From Phyllosticta citribraziliensis (lineage: Eukaryota): 64,000 bases of DNA. Where the stretch lies: contig NW_027117342.1 in assembly GCF_038025025.1 (NCBI RefSeq), positions 868,001 through 932,000 on the forward strand, read 5' to 3'. The notes under the pieces were generated by a model, which saw only the letters and a list, made by a program, of their open reading frames with translations, was not told the origin of the DNA and did no database searches. Below, piece after piece: positions 50,229-63,481 of the stretch (the stretch's first letter is position 1; each line of letters starts with the position of its first letter). A program made the position numbers and the translations under genes.

Positions 50229-53200
50229 GACTGATAGACTGACTGACTGACTGACTGACTGCCGCGGGTGATGATGCCCAGGAGTCCATCAGGTCACATC
50301 GCGACACTCCTCCCGTTCGTTTCGCCAAGCTAGCCGACGTTTCTGTCAGGATTGTCTCTCCATCAGATCCTGCTTGATGCACGGCGACGTATGTACGCAA
50401 AGTGCGGATGAGCGAGCCTATTTCCCCGGCCCGCCCGCTCGCTTCTCTTCCCTGTCTCTGTTCCTGGCGTGATTGACAGACCAGGCGGTTTGAACAGGGG
50501 ACGGACGGCAGCGCAACAAACGGGCGACCTACTAGGTACCTAATCCCAAGGTTCCTGCATCTGTGTGGCCTGTTCCACGTTGCTCTTAGCAAGCCGTCAT
50601 TATGCCCCCTTGTCCTTTTTCCTCCACCACAGACTAAAGGAAGGGAAGGGAAAAGAAAGCGTGTCTGTGGAGTGATGAGATTAGATTGCATCGCCCCAGC
50701 CCAGCCCCATGTCCGCTCGCACAACAAGCCGTCCATCCGCCCGCGTGGTGAGGTGATGCGGTGACTGGAGATGATGACCTGATGATCTGAGACGTGTAGC
50801 AGGCAGCAAGCAAGCGAATGAGAAGATACATGGAGGGTGACGATGGTTGGAGCGCTCGTCTGTGGCTCCGAGCGGCGGCACCGGGGACGCCGCCAGTCAG
50901 CCATGCGACGGCCACGTGGCTGGCTTGCTTAAAGGGAAGAGGGAAGGCAGGAGACGTGAAGGAAGGGAGGGGGAAGGTTTAGCCGCGGGGGGGGATTGAT
51001 TGATGGGTGAGTTTTAGTCCACCACCCATGCACCTGTGAGGATACTGTTGCTTTGTTATGCAGGCTGTGAGAGCGCACACGTGGACAAAGCCGACCGCAG
51101 CAACAGCAGAAGAAGAAGAAGCATCGTCTCCATTCGCTTGGAGCGGGCTCCGCAGGCAGCTGAATGCACGAACGAACAACGACCTTGAACGAGTGGTTGA
51201 CATGGCCGGACAGCTTGGGGCCAACCCAGCATGCCGGCGCCCGAGGGAGGTGCTAGTTGGATCCAGACGGCGGGAAGCGAATTAAAGACTCTCACTTGCG
51301 TGTGTGAAGAAGGAAGCATCAGGACGCGACCGACAGAGAATACGACGGATGCGAACGCCCATGATCCTCGCGAGGCGCAAGTGGATCGCCCGATGAGAAC
51401 AACGCGTGCTTTATTCCCAGAATCTCCGTCCGCACGAACAGTCGTCGACCAGCTTATTGCAAAGACGGAGCGCGAAAAAAAAAAAAAAAAAAAAAAAAAC
51501 CCATTCACGTTTGTCTGGTATATGGCGAATAGGCATCAACGGCGGGCTGCGCTGCGCGTGGTGGACCAAAAAGAAATGCCGGGAGGGAGGGAAAAAAGAA
51601 AGGTTTCCCGTCTCTACGGCTGGACGGACGGCCCCCAATCCTGGTGCGTGGGTGGCTTACAACTCCCGCCGTGCGGGAGCCGTCGCTTGTTGGTTGGACT
51701 ACTCTACTACTTAGGTTGCTTTTTCCCGAGAACGCGTCCGTCCGTTCGTTGACGAGCGACGGCGTGGCGAGGACGACGACGACGCCACTAGTGACGCGCA
51801 AGATTGACTGACTGACTGACTGACTGACTGATTGAGCGACTCAAGTGCCTGGCGGATCCGGCGGACCCCGGGTCTGGCATGGTTGGGTCCCCCGCCGGGG
51901 AGACGGTCGCTGGGTTCGAGAGTTTCCGTGGGCTGGGCCTCGCGTGGTCAGCCTGGGATACGGGAGCCGTTTCCTTTCGCTTGTTTCCACCCTTGGACTC
52001 GGCTTCTGCTGCATTTCCCAAACTCTAATCAAGGTTGCGGATGGCGGATGGCTGACGGCCGCTTCCACGGATGCGGTGCGGTGCGGTGCGGTGGATTCCT
52101 TCGACTTGGACGACTTCGCCGGCCGACAAGGCCACTCTGCTCACCGTCTCGCTCCAGGCTCAGGCTGCTTGTCTTCACCGCCACCTCCATGTCCACCTCA
52201 CGCTGCCGTGCGACACGTCTCACGGCAGGCCCCGGCAGAAAGTGTGCCCGTCCCTCGCTCCAATAATAATAATATACTCGACACTCCCGCCCGTTGCCAC
52301 CATCCCCGTCGACCCGTCTGAACGCCAGCCAAGCCAGAAAACATGAGAAAATGTGTTTCGTCGTTGCTCACTTCATCCCTGCATCCCCGACCACAGGATA
52401 GAACCACGCATCAAGGGCCATGACGCAGACCGTCCTGAACACGACAACGCTCTTCCTTGCTGTAGTGGACCTGTAGCAGCAACACGGACGATACGAGCAA
52501 TAATGCCTTCCACGCCATGGCGCACCGCAGCAGCAGCAGCAGCAGCAGCAGCCCGCCTTGTCTTCGCGTCCGCAAGTCCGTTGCGGACGGCCTAAGGCGT
52601 AGACAGACGCCACATTTTGCCCGTTGACAACGACCATGTTTATCTCTGGTGGCGACCTACCTGCCCCGGAGCCTCACAACGCTGGCCGCTTGCCGAAACC
52701 CGATGCTGGGTCCGGACAGCACATGGATTCGATTGATACTGCTTTACCCCACACAGAGCGAATAGGCGAAGTGGCGTCCATCCCGGCGTCAAGCCAAAGC
52801 AGGCAAGCAGGCGAGAGACCTCTCATCCAACGGCCAGCCACCCTGTGGACATGATCCTGCCCTTGCATGGGCTGGGCTGCCTGAACGTGGTCCTGGACCT
52901 CCTTCTCCTTCTTCCTCTTCCTTGCCACGCCGACACCGTCAACGGACGACGTGCTGCATGCATACATACATACATGCATGCATATGCAGTGCACCAACGA
53001 CGAAAGAGCCGCTGCCGCCGCCCGGACAGACTACTGGACAGGGACTAACTACTGGAGTGACGACTCACACGCATCGCCGTTATCCATGTCGGCAGTCGTC
53101 CACTCCTGCTGGCTGGACATTATTGCATGACCACAGCCACCGCGCTGGCGCCGACGCACAAACGGCGCGATAGGTATGTAGCAATCTGGACCCGCTCGTC

Positions 53201-53895
53201 TGGGCAAGACCGCCGACGACGCGGCGGCGGGCACGCTCGCTGCTGACACGCACGGCCATCTCATCCCATATTCCGTACCAACTCGCCGGTCCTCCCTTCT
53301 CTGCGTTCCCAGCTGGATGATCACGATCGCATCGCCTCGTATCGCATCTACTCGAGCAGAAGAGCGCGAGAAGGGGAAGGGACACGGCAGCTTGCCTGTC
53401 TTTCTGTCCGCCCCGAGGGATTCGTATCCTGCTGACGGACCTCGACGGCGGGTCGAATGAGGACCGGGGGGCTTGTCCTTGTCGCGTACGTGACTGGATG
53501 GTTGTTTGGATGATGGCCTTGTGCGACGCTGCGATTTGCAATTGCGCCGACTGGTGACCGTCTCACGGCTTTTGCTTGCCGCTCGGCCTCCTCCTCCTCA
53601 CGTATGCATGCTCTGTATGGACCTATGAGGCGAGGTAGGTATGGATTGCAAGCACAGTGGCATCTGGCACAACACAACCGACGACGGCACGGCGCAAACA
53701 CATGCACATACATGCGCCGTGTATACAACAAACTGAAGAAGGAGGAGTACATGAAAATCACAGCACAAGCACCAGCAGTCAACCCATCTGCCGTCGTGCG
53801 CTCCTCCACGACATACATACACATGCACTACACAAAACACCTGTCTCTCCTTCCACTGCATATACATACATGCACGTGTCTCCGTCATCCCTACC

Positions 53896-53930
<35 letters not shown>

Positions 53931-54510
53931 CAAACACACCCATCTCATCTCATCTCGCTCCCTTTATCTCGATCCAGCGATCTCTACACACACTTACATG
54001 CCCACCTACCCAGCTCCCTGCCATTTCCCCAAAAGGCCGAGGCGTACTTGCAGGCTCCTGCCGTGACGACGACGTCAAACCCCTTTCCATCTTCGACGCG
54101 AACCCCCGTGATATAGGTGATGGCGCCAGAGCAGAGCAGAGCAGAGCAGAGCAGCCGTCGGCCTGGACGGACCGCCTCGGCGCCCTTTTTGTTTGGTGCG
54201 TGATTGAAATGTAGCCAGCCGCTTTGTCGATTTTCATCCCATTCGTCGATGCTGTGTTGGGGGCCTTGTTGTTCGGCGACATGACCAGGCACAGACAGAC
54301 AGACAGACAGTCTAGACTTTTTGCATGGGAGAATGTGCGCTTATACCAGCGGCGCCAAGTCGCAAGGCGCCGCCATTTTATATACATGCAAGCGTCCCCT
54401 CTTCAGACACACATGGTGGTGATATACACGAGGAGGACCTCCTCAGTAGATCCGAGAGATGGCCAGTAAAAGGAGAATGTGACGAAGGGAAAGAGAAAGG
54501 GGGGGGGGGG
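50229..54510. repeat. Simple-sequence-repeat-rich intergenic tract
   Basis: (GACT)n ~50229-50260 and ~51806-51830, A25 51475-51499, (GCA)n ~52527-52551, C30 53900-53929, (GCAGA)n ~54128-54153, G run ~54499-54510. Confidence 0.85.
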
Positions 54511-54782
54511 AAAGTGGTAGTACGCCGACTATGACTCCCTTTTTTTTGGTGCCCACCACATACATGCCCCCAGAACACCCAAACGCCGGAAATGCTTCAA
54601 CAAATGGACGGATATGATGCCGCCGCCAAGCCCAACTAACTACCTGCTTTGCCCAACAACTGATCGCCAACGCCATGCGTGAAAAGATAATGGTGGTAAA
54701 GGGTAAGAGGAGCCGGGGGGAAAGGCGCAGAAAGGGACAATCGACACCAACGCAACAACACCCAAGAGCAACTCTCGCTGGC

Positions 54783-57700
54783 TCAAGAGAAAAAGTACTG
54801 GCTCTCCCTCAGCACACGCACGTCGAACTCGCCCTTTGCTGGGACATCCGGGAAGCTCATCGGAATCCAGAACTTGCGCGAGCCGGTTTTCTTTGGGTAC
54901 TTCCGCTTCGCCGCCTGTGTGGGAGGTTTCTTGTCACCGCCGGCATCGGCTACGGCAGCATCGGCAGCAGCAGCAGTAGCAGCATCGGTAGCAGTCGACT
55001 CCGCTTTTGCGTTTTCGCGGGCCGTCGCTGCAACCTCGTCGTTGATGTCTTGCTCAGTGGGGAGGTCAACTTCGTCGTCACCCTCGTCGACTTCATTCTC
55101 TTCGTCGACGGTGGTGGGATCGATCGCGGAGCCAGCCGAGCCGCCCCTGTCGTCCTGCTGGCCCAGCTTGGTCACAGCAGAGTCTTCTTTGTAGGCTTCG
55201 AGCCACTCGGGGTGCTCGGTGACGGCCTTGTCGTACAGGGCGGCCGGCGTCACCATCTCGCGGCCCCTTTGGCGGTCCTCTTCCTTGTCGCTGTTCAGCA
55301 GTCTCCAACGCTTGTGCTCCATGCACAGCTCGGCCAGCATCTTCATCTTGTTGGACGCGCGCCATTTCTTGATCTGCACCGCGAGCGGCGACAAAAGGTG
55401 GACAGAGTGGAGGTACATGGAGCCCTTGTACCGCACGGTAAACTCCTCGTGCAGGCGTCCGATGATGTCTTCGGAGTGCATGGCCACAAAGGCGTCGCGC
55501 AAGACGCGGTTCATAAGAGGGACGTCGGCAGCGTGAGTCCAGAACGAGTCGTGGACGGAGGAGAATGTCAACCCCACCTCGTGGCTTTTGATAGCCGACA
55601 GAAACATGTGCGTGGCGTCGAGGGAGTGGATAAAGTTCGGAGGGAACGCTTGGAGCTGTTTCCTCTTGTTGACGGCATCGATCGCATCTGGGTTTTTCAG
55701 ATTCATGTTCTGCACCTTCGTCTTGACCTGCTTCATCTTAGAGCTGCGGTAGGGCTGCACGACGGGCATTTTGAGCGGTGTCGTCCAGATTACGGGGGAT
55801 CGGAACTGATGCTTAATGTTGGCAGATGTTGCTTTGTCCACCCAATCCGTCTTAGCTTTTTCCAGCTGTGCAGAGGACGAGCGTTTTTTCTTAGTTACTT
55901 TTCCGTCTCTGTTTTTGAAGCGCGTGCCCTGCGTCAAGTCGCTTGTCGTTTTGTTTTCCAGCAGCCTTGATTCAATGTATTTGACTTGTTCCGGTGTAAG
56001 GCTCGTGGAGATGCGATCGGCGCATACTCCAAGCCATTCCTGAATTGCTTGAGCACCGTTGAACATCCGACCGAGGGCTTTGAAAATGAGTTTGGCAATG
56101 TAGGAAGCCAATTTCATCCTACCGCCGCCCCTTTCCAACTCCTTGTCAGTCATCAAGTCTTCTAGTCGGTTCTGGACTTGCTCGCGAGCGCCGGTAAAGG
56201 TGACTCCGTAGACATTGGTCATGACCGTCTGCTTGACGACTTTGCGGGTAATCTTGTCCTTGACAGCGACTGCTTCCGCGACGCCGTTGGCAGCATCTTC
56301 AATCACTTCTGCCTTGACCATGTCAGCGACTGCGGTGTAAATGTCGGATGGTTTGTCGCCAGGCTGCAAGTTAACCTGTGCAGCCCCGGCCTTGTCGCCA
56401 CCCAGCGCCGCATAGTGCTGAAGACCATTGCAAGTACCGTCCTGATGCACAGGAAGATGGGACACGTAACGCGTGGGATCAGGGGAGTCAAAGGCATTCT
56501 TCAGCTCGTAGCACGTTGCCAGGCATTGCCATGGGTCTTCAGCCTTGAGCCACCATCTTCGTCCGGTCAGAGGCTTTTCGACAGAGTCGTAGACTTCAGT
56601 CAAATGTGCCATAGCAAAGTCCTCGCGGTCATTCAAGCTGGCCTTGTCGAATCCGTAGACGTTCGCAAGATGGATCTTCAGCCAGCGCAAGCCACCTGTT
56701 CCAAGCTCTTTACCCTTTGCAAATGTGAGAAGGCCTCGAGCCATGTCAGCACCCATGTGATTGAGCAGGGCGGGCAGAGGATAAGCACGGCCGCGGAAAT
56801 CCATGTTGTGAGGAAAGTAAAAGACCTCGTCTTTGAATGCGTGAGCAACCTCGAGTTGAAAGTTTTGGAAACAGCGTTGTGAGTGGTATGCAGACTTCAG
56901 GTTGTTGATCTTTTGCTTTGCGATCATGTATTCGGCCACCTGTTTTTTCGTGGAGTCTGGCCCAGGTTCAGGGGGGTACTCGAATTGAGGGTTTTCTGGA
57001 GCAATTGACGCCATTTCTTCTCCGCTGTTCCACACTTCGATGATGACTTTGAAAACTTCGTGATTCACGCGCCACGCAGTCTTTCCGAGGACCGTAAGTC
57101 CATGCAGAACGTCTTTCATGTCTCCTCTCTGCACTGCCGCCAGGCAGTATAGCCGTTGATCTTCACTTGTCGTCGTCTTGATTATGGCTTCCGGATATCG
57201 AAAGTAGCCACCTTTCTTGAAGCCGGTCCAAGGCAAGGGCTCCACAATCATGGGGTATTTGGAGCCAATCGAACCGCGGAGGGGCTCCCGCTTCAATTTG
57301 TCCCGGACAACAGGGTGAAGCTTCAGGACTCCAGTCTTGCGGCCCTGCTTGTATTCGGACAGGTGGAAGAATGCTGGCTCGTTCACCGCATACTGCTTGC
57401 CAGAATCTGGATCGACTCGGTCAACTTGGACCTTGGCCGTCTCCAAAACTTTGGACAACAACATTGCGCCGATTTTTGCTCTCAAGGTAACGCTCCATTC
57501 AAGGGATCTAATCTCGCCCAAGGCCCCGTACGAGCTCTCGGTGATCCGTGAATCTTCCCCAAGCGCGTCCTGGCCCTCTGGAGGTGGAGACGCTGTGGTG
57601 GCTGAAAATTCTGGTGACAGCTCTTTGCTCGTAGACATTCCGTACTCTGTGGCCAGGTGCTTTCCGAGGTCCATGCAGACACTGGAGACCTTGATCCCGT

Positions 57701-59114
57701 CAATGTTTTTCCTGCCACCAAATAACGGAACCAGGACGAGCAAAGTTGTAGCAGCCAGTCGTTCTGCCGTAAATGTCTCGAGGTATGTGCCATAGAAAAG
57801 GCGATCTTTGTCTTGTGAATCGTTCGAGTTTACGGCCTCGGACGACAACTTGAGCTCCTCTTGCATGACCGGAATCAAGGCCGAGTACCACTGCCACATC
57901 AGAGCCTCCATGGGTTTGGTGGAAAGTGCTGAAGTGATGCCCAATTTCTGCATGTTTTCATTCTCAATCCGCCAGCGCCCAACAGCTGCATCTACTCCGT
58001 CCTCCTCCAGACGTATTTGTCGCTGACGATTCCATAAATGGTCTTTTTGCTCCGGGGTAAGGTCCTGAAAGTCGTCCGGATAAGGGATCTCTTTCAACAC
58101 TTCTTTTGAATTTGAGAAAAGCGAGAGGGATTTCTTGACCGTCGCTAAACCAGCGCCCCTTTGCTGCACCGGTCGCAACTCCGGCAGGTCCGAGACATTT
58201 GGCTTCGAAAGGCCCTGAGCTGTTGATGCCGAAACCGGGGAAAGCCCCTGTGTGATTCCTTCTCGCGCATTGTTGTCAAACAAGGGTCCGAATATTTCGG
58301 GCACTTCCTTTTTCAGCCTCGAATATTCCTCCTCTGTAAACAGTTCCGGGTTCCTGAGTGTCTCGACTTCCAAATCTCTCGATTTGTTTGCCATTTCACA
58401 GAGCCTCCTCAAAGACCTCGCCATTTTGACACCTTCCTCTCTGGCGAGGCACGCCTTTATCAGGAGCACAAATGTTTTTTCGTTGGTCGGAATGTCGTTG
58501 TCCTGCATATTCACAATGACCCATTTAAGCATCTTGGAGTACTCGTAGCCGGGGTGCTGCCTCAAGACCATTTGCAGATGCACTGCTAGATATGTGTTGT
58601 GAGCATGCACCAGTTCGGATGCAGTGCCGTTGTATACTTCCCGCAGCCGGGCTAGAATCTCATCGGCTCTTTCCATGCGCCGGACGCGCAAGCTGGCCGT
58701 GAGGTTTGAGAAGAGATCAAAAGGATCGCCGCCGATGCCACGGATGTACATTAAGCGTGGAGCAGGCGTGGTCAAATCTTGACGGACGATAATAGGTCGT
58801 TGTTCTCTGGGAGAAGGCGATGTGGGTTCGGGGCCATGAAGAAAGCCATGCGGAGAGGATTCGGACAAGTGTGACTGTTCGTATGGTATCGACGGTTCGG
58901 AGGGACTGGTGGCTGTGGCGACGGAGCGAGACTGGGTCGTAGGTAATAGTCGCGACGTCTGAGTCTTGTCATCTCTGCGCCTGCGCGTTGAGGTGGAGTT
59001 GGAACGCCATGAAGTCGATTGGAGAGAGGTCCTAGCCTGAAGAAGACGATTTGGCGGTAGAGTCAAGTGGTGCAAATGGCGTTGTGTTCGCGGCCTCGCG
59101 AGGCGCGAGAGCAT
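54783..59114 (-). CDS. rpo41: Mitochondrial (T7-like) RNA polymerase, intronless, with an N-terminal presequence
   Basis: HNMDFRGRAYP, motif A HQDGTCNGLQH, motif B RKVVKQTVMTNVYG, PNFIHSLDA, motif C VHDSFWTH, C-terminal YFFS; Arg/Ser-rich MLSRLARPR start. Confidence 0.97.
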   Translation of the reverse strand: MLSRLARPRTQRHLHHLTLPPNRLLQARTSLQSTSWRSNSTSTRRRRDDKTQTSRLLPTTQSRSVATATSPSEPSIPYEQSHLSESSPHGFLHGPEPTSPSPREQRPIIVRQDLTTPAPRLMYIRGIGGDPFDLFSNLTASLRVRRMERADEILARLREVYNGTASELVHAHNTYLAVHLQMVLRQHPGYEYSKMLKWVIVNMQDNDIPTNEKTFVLLIKACLAREEGVKMARSLRRLCEMANKSRDLEVETLRNPELFTEEEYSRLKKEVPEIFGPLFDNNAREGITQGLSPVSASTAQGLSKPNVSDLPELRPVQQRGAGLATVKKSLSLFSNSKEVLKEIPYPDDFQDLTPEQKDHLWNRQRQIRLEEDGVDAAVGRWRIENENMQKLGITSALSTKPMEALMWQWYSALIPVMQEELKLSSEAVNSNDSQDKDRLFYGTYLETFTAERLAATTLLVLVPLFGGRKNIDGIKVSSVCMDLGKHLATEYGMSTSKELSPEFSATTASPPPEGQDALGEDSRITESSYGALGEIRSLEWSVTLRAKIGAMLLSKVLETAKVQVDRVDPDSGKQYAVNEPAFFHLSEYKQGRKTGVLKLHPVVRDKLKREPLRGSIGSKYPMIVEPLPWTGFKKGGYFRYPEAIIKTTTSEDQRLYCLAAVQRGDMKDVLHGLTVLGKTAWRVNHEVFKVIIEVWNSGEEMASIAPENPQFEYPPEPGPDSTKKQVAEYMIAKQKINNLKSAYHSQRCFQNFQLEVAHAFKDEVFYFPHNMDFRGRAYPLPALLNHMGADMARGLLTFAKGKELGTGGLRWLKIHLANVYGFDKASLNDREDFAMAHLTEVYDSVEKPLTGRRWWLKAEDPWQCLATCYELKNAFDSPDPTRYVSHLPVHQDGTCNGLQHYAALGGDKAGAAQVNLQPGDKPSDIYTAVADMVKAEVIEDAANGVAEAVAVKDKITRKVVKQTVMTNVYGVTFTGAREQVQNRLEDLMTDKELERGGGRMKLASYIAKLIFKALGRMFNGAQAIQEWLGVCADRISTSLTPEQVKYIESRLLENKTTSDLTQGTRFKNRDGKVTKKKRSSSAQLEKAKTDWVDKATSANIKHQFRSPVIWTTPLKMPVVQPYRSSKMKQVKTKVQNMNLKNPDAIDAVNKRKQLQAFPPNFIHSLDATHMFLSAIKSHEVGLTFSSVHDSFWTHAADVPLMNRVLRDAFVAMHSEDIIGRLHEEFTVRYKGSMYLHSVHLLSPLAVQIKKWRASNKMKMLAELCMEHKRWRLLNSDKEEDRQRGREMVTPAALYDKAVTEHPEWLEAYKEDSAVTKLGQQDDRGGSAGSAIDPTTVDEENEVDEGDDEVDLPTEQDINDEVAATARENAKAESTATDAATAAAADAAVADAGGDKKPPTQAAKRKYPKKTGSRKFWIPMSFPDVPAKGEFDVRVLRESQYFFS

Positions 59115-59540
59115 GGCGGACCGGCAGCAAGCAGACTCGCGTGAGAAGTACAATACGGAATAATGGAGCGCAATGAGGCAAAATGCGAGGCGCAAAGGGA
59201 GAAAGGGCAAAGGAGAGGGTCTAGGTAGTCGAGGAAGCGCACTCGCCCGGTCAATGCTTCGACGGAGGGTTTAGATATCGAAGCGTTGGACATGGCAAAA
59301 AAGTCGACGACGCCAGCAAGTAGCGGCAACCGGCGGCGAACGCACACACCGCCGGGCGGCAGACTCCCGGCCGATTCCCGCACGCGCCCCCGACCTGGCG
59401 TTTCTCGGCCCCGGCCCGAGTCTGCGGGCCTCGACTTGAAGCTCTCCCGTCACGTCTCATGGATTTCTGTGCTGTTTGAATATCTTGTTCACATCATACA
59501 TGTATCTAGCGTTACTACGTGCATAGTCGCCCGCACTTCA

Positions 59541-61653
59541 TCAACACGACCACATGCCAACTGTGCCGTCTCTCCTACCTTCGACCAGGTAGCCATCTCT
59601 AATCCCGACCTTTTCAATCGTAGCAGCCGACGACGTATTCGTCTCCTTGCGAGCCCCCGGCCCGCAGTCCCAGTGCGTGCTTTCCGTCTTGTCATAGATC
59701 TTGACCACGTCTTCACCAGCAGCGGCTGCGATCCTCCGCGCATCAAACATAAGACTCGTGACGGGGTGATCGTACGCATAAGCATCGTATATGGAACCCA
59801 TACGGAGATCCCAGATCTGTTGGTCTGATTAGCCGTCTTCGGATATAAGCGCAGCCCCAGCAAATACTTACCCGAATACTCCTATCCATGCTACCAGTGA
59901 CGAGGTGGACATCGTCGAATTGCAAGGCCGTTACAGGCCCTGTGTGGCCGACAAGGCTGCGATGGACCTGGCCGCTTCTCAAATCCCATAAGCGGACCAT
60001 GCCATCCGCTGTTCCGCAAGCCAGTGCGGCATCGAAACACTGCAGAGCGCCAACAAAGTCGGCCGACGCGTCTGGCACGCGACCAGTCTGGCGCCAGCCT
60101 TCGCCAGGACCGAGCGTGGAAGAGGCTTGAGCAGCTGCCCACAACACATCCAAGGTCTGCACACAGCGACCCTTGACGAGATCCCATTGTCTTAGCGTCT
60201 TGTCCGCCGAGCCAGATACCAGGGTGTCGCCACGAAAGTAAAGCGCGGTAACTTCTGCGACGTGCGCGTCGAGGGTGAACAGTGGGCAATCCCGCATGCT
60301 TCCAGCAGGAGGAGGGGGGATAGCATCTTCCGGATTCTCGAAACCCAGTGCAGCATCATCATCTTCTTCGTCGTACCTGTTGTCTCTGGGAGCGTATTCG
60401 GCGCGGCTCAAGTCCCAAAGACGAATCGTGGCGTCCATGGACCCAGTGGCTACAATGTTGTCCTCGACTTGAAGGCATCGGACAGAAGACAGATGGCCCT
60501 CGAGAAGACCCATACAACGTCCCGCATTCAGGTCCCACACCTTGACGGTGTCATCCAAGGATGCGGTGACGGCAGTGCCAAAGGGCATGTCGAAGTCCAA
60601 AGCAGTCACGATGTCATCATGAGCTGGTAGTTCCTTGATCTTCGAGCCCGGCTCCAGGTGTTCGTGCAACACCGGCATTGATATTCGGCGATGAGTCTTG
60701 CGCTTCTTCTTTTCCTTTGGAGACTGGGCGGGCAATTTTTCATAGATGGATTCGGACATGAATCCAGGGGACCCATCTAGATCGCCTTCGGAGTCGGCAA
60801 TGGTCACGGTTGGCGTTTCCGGTGACCTTTGTGAAAGCTGGGCCTGTTCCTCGAGCTCTTCTTCCATGTCCTCCAACTTGTTGCCCACATCTTGAAGGTC
60901 ATGCTCGAGTTCCGACTCTTCCCTCTCCAAATCAGCTAGCCTGTCCAGAACAATCCGTCGCATGACATTCAAGTTTGCAATCTTCTGGTCGATTTCCCTG
61001 ATCTCCGTGCTGCACATATTCTTTCGCACGCCCATCATTTCGAGCCGGCGAGTAAGATGGCGCTTGTCTTTCTTGAGCTTGTCTAACGAGAGCGCACCTG
61101 AGCCCTCGTCATCGCTACCATCGTTGTGATCTATCAGTCTCTGTCCCCGAGAATTATGTTTGGGGCCCCGCCGTTTTCTGTGGTGGTGTTTCTCGTCTTC
61201 TGTTGTTGCTTGAAAACCCTGGAATAGCGAATACGCCGGACCAGTCTCTGGTATATCGGCGAGGAGCTCGTCGGGAAGGTAGGAGAGGGCTCGTTGCTGG
61301 ATCTCAGGGACGGAGAGTTTGGATCTTACGAGTTCCCTCGGCGTGGTTTGGGTAAAGCTGAAGACCGATCTTTGGATTCCCGGTCGCCGAAGCTCGCGGT
61401 GGAGCTCACCGAGCGCATTCTGATAGTGATGGCTGATTCCTCCATCAGGTCCAATCAAATGGTTGGCGGTTGCTGTGACCTTGCGGCCAAACGCCTCGAG
61501 TTGACGCGACTGCTACAAAATTAGTTTGCACTTCAATTGGCTGTACGAAGAGCATACAGCGGATACAGCCTCATCGTCGACATCCGAAGATGACGTCGGC
61601 CTTGATTCGCTAGCTCTGCCGCGGGGCGAATCGTCTCTACCAGAGGAGGCCAT
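59541..61653 (-). CDS. mdv1: Mitochondrial division protein Mdv1/Caf4 (coiled coil + WD40)
   Basis: [20 protein letters not shown]-terminal region, coiled coil, WD repeats [46 protein letters not shown]; two introns. Confidence 0.93.
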
Positions 61654-62004
61654 GGGATGGGCAGATGGGATTGGGAGAGCGACGCGACAAAACGAATTCC
61701 ACTTCAGGCGGCGGCAACCATCGTGGCGCGTCAAGCAAACCGAATCGGGGTCTCGTCTGGGAAGGTCGTGGAGCGCAGCAGTGCCGATTCGAGGCGAGTC
61801 GTGTGAGGGTGTTGGTGTGTGTGTGGATTGCGCAGCCCACAAAGTGCATCATCCGGGGTCTGGTGTGCTTGCAACTTGCCGCAACCTGGAGGCTCGGCAA
61901 CCGAGCAACACCTGGACCTCTGCATGCTGACCGCCAGCTCTTCTCTCCAACATGCTATATACACCTCCGCCTTCTCCCTCGGGCGTGCCACTTAGGTCGA
62001 TTCA

Positions 62005-62925
62005 ATGATGGACACTGCCGTTGGTCTTACCGACGCCGACCAGGTGCTCGACCTCAAAAACATTCGTTCCACGCTCATGTACAGGACCCCGCTGTCGTGG
62101 CTTGCCATGCGATACTGATCTGTGGCGCAGCCGCTTGGAAGACACCATCACCGTCTACCTCATTGAGCGCGTACAGTATCCTCTGAACCGTTCAGTATAC
62201 GTCCCTGGCGCAATCCAAGTCCCCGACGAAAAGCTCAGCTTTTTGGATTGGCTCCTTTGCGAACAAGAGCGCCTCCACTCACGCCTCCGCCGCTACCAAG
62301 CGCCCGACGAGTACCCATTCTTCCCAAACGCGGTGCGCACTCCGGTGCTTCAGCCCTTGGACTATCCGCCTGTCCTTCATCCCAACAATGTCAATGTGAA
62401 CGACAAGCTCAAAGACATCTACATCAACCGCATCCTTCCTACGGCGTGCGCGAAGCCCGGCGACTCGGAACGCGAGAATACATCCCACTATGGCTCGACA
62501 GCCGTGAACGATATCGCTTGCCTGCAAGCGTTGTCGCGCAGAATCCACTACGGCAAGTTTGTCGCAGAATCAAAGTTCAGGAAGGAGACGGAGCGCTTTG
62601 TCAAGCTCATCAAAGCGGAGGATCGCCAGGGAATCGATGAGGCCATCACGGACGCGGCAGTGGAGCTTAAGGTGCTCGAGAGGCTGAGGAAGAAGGCTAC
62701 AAATTACGGGGCAGACCCGGAGAATCCGACGGCCACACCACCCAAGATCAACGTGGAAGCGGTGGTGAGCATGTACAAGGTATTCCGACCTACTGCCTGG
62801 CTTTGTGAAGCCATGACTACCACCAGGTGGGCTAATTCGATACACAGGACTATGTTATTCCCCTCACCAAGGAGGTCGAAGTGGAGTATTTGATGCAACG
62901 CCTTGCTGGTACCGAGTGGGAGTAA
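62005..62925 (+). CDS. aro7: Chorismate mutase (eukaryotic AroQ type)
   Basis: LDLKNIRSTLI/RLEDTI, RRYQAPDEYPFFP, YGSTAVNDIACLQALSRRIHYGKFVAESKF, YVIPLTKEVEVEYLMQRL; two introns. Confidence 0.96.
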
Positions 62926-63481
62926 CCCCACTCTTGGTCATCCTTGGGATAGAAAAAGATTCAGGACGGTGATAGAGAGATTGAAGTTGCTGGATAAAGC
63001 ATGAGACGGCTGCGTCATTCGCAGACTTGGCGTATACTGGTATTCGTGGTTGTTGTATTCGAACAACGGAAGCTGGACCCTGTGTCACGCGGTCAGTTTG
63101 TTTCGAAACTTTAGCCTGGAGTTCGTGTTGACTGCGCCTGTAACTGTATAGAATGCAGCATGAGCAGTCTTCGTGTCTAGATTGAGGCAGATCTTCTCCT
63201 TGCCGTAAATGAGGCCGTGACTCTCTCCATGTCGTTCAGAATGTTCATGTTGTAGCCCAAGGGGTTCTAGAAGAAACGAAGGTAATGCACTGTGGCGGTG
63301 CACATGCGTCATCGCGCGCTCCGCCGTTCAACGCCTCAACCCTGACCGATGCCTGTCCGGGTGCCTGTCGCTCAGGTTATTCCTCGAAGCGCGGCCTCAT
63401 AAGCATCCTTTCCCTCTGCTCGCACATCCCTCCAACTCTGAGATCCGCGACACCGTTCTTCTCAAGTGACATCTCCACATC

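Noticed and set aside
54783..59114. T7-like polymerase as a viral or plasmid insertion
   Set aside because: Presequence, length and YFFS end fit the ordinary nuclear-encoded Rpo41; no viral neighbours
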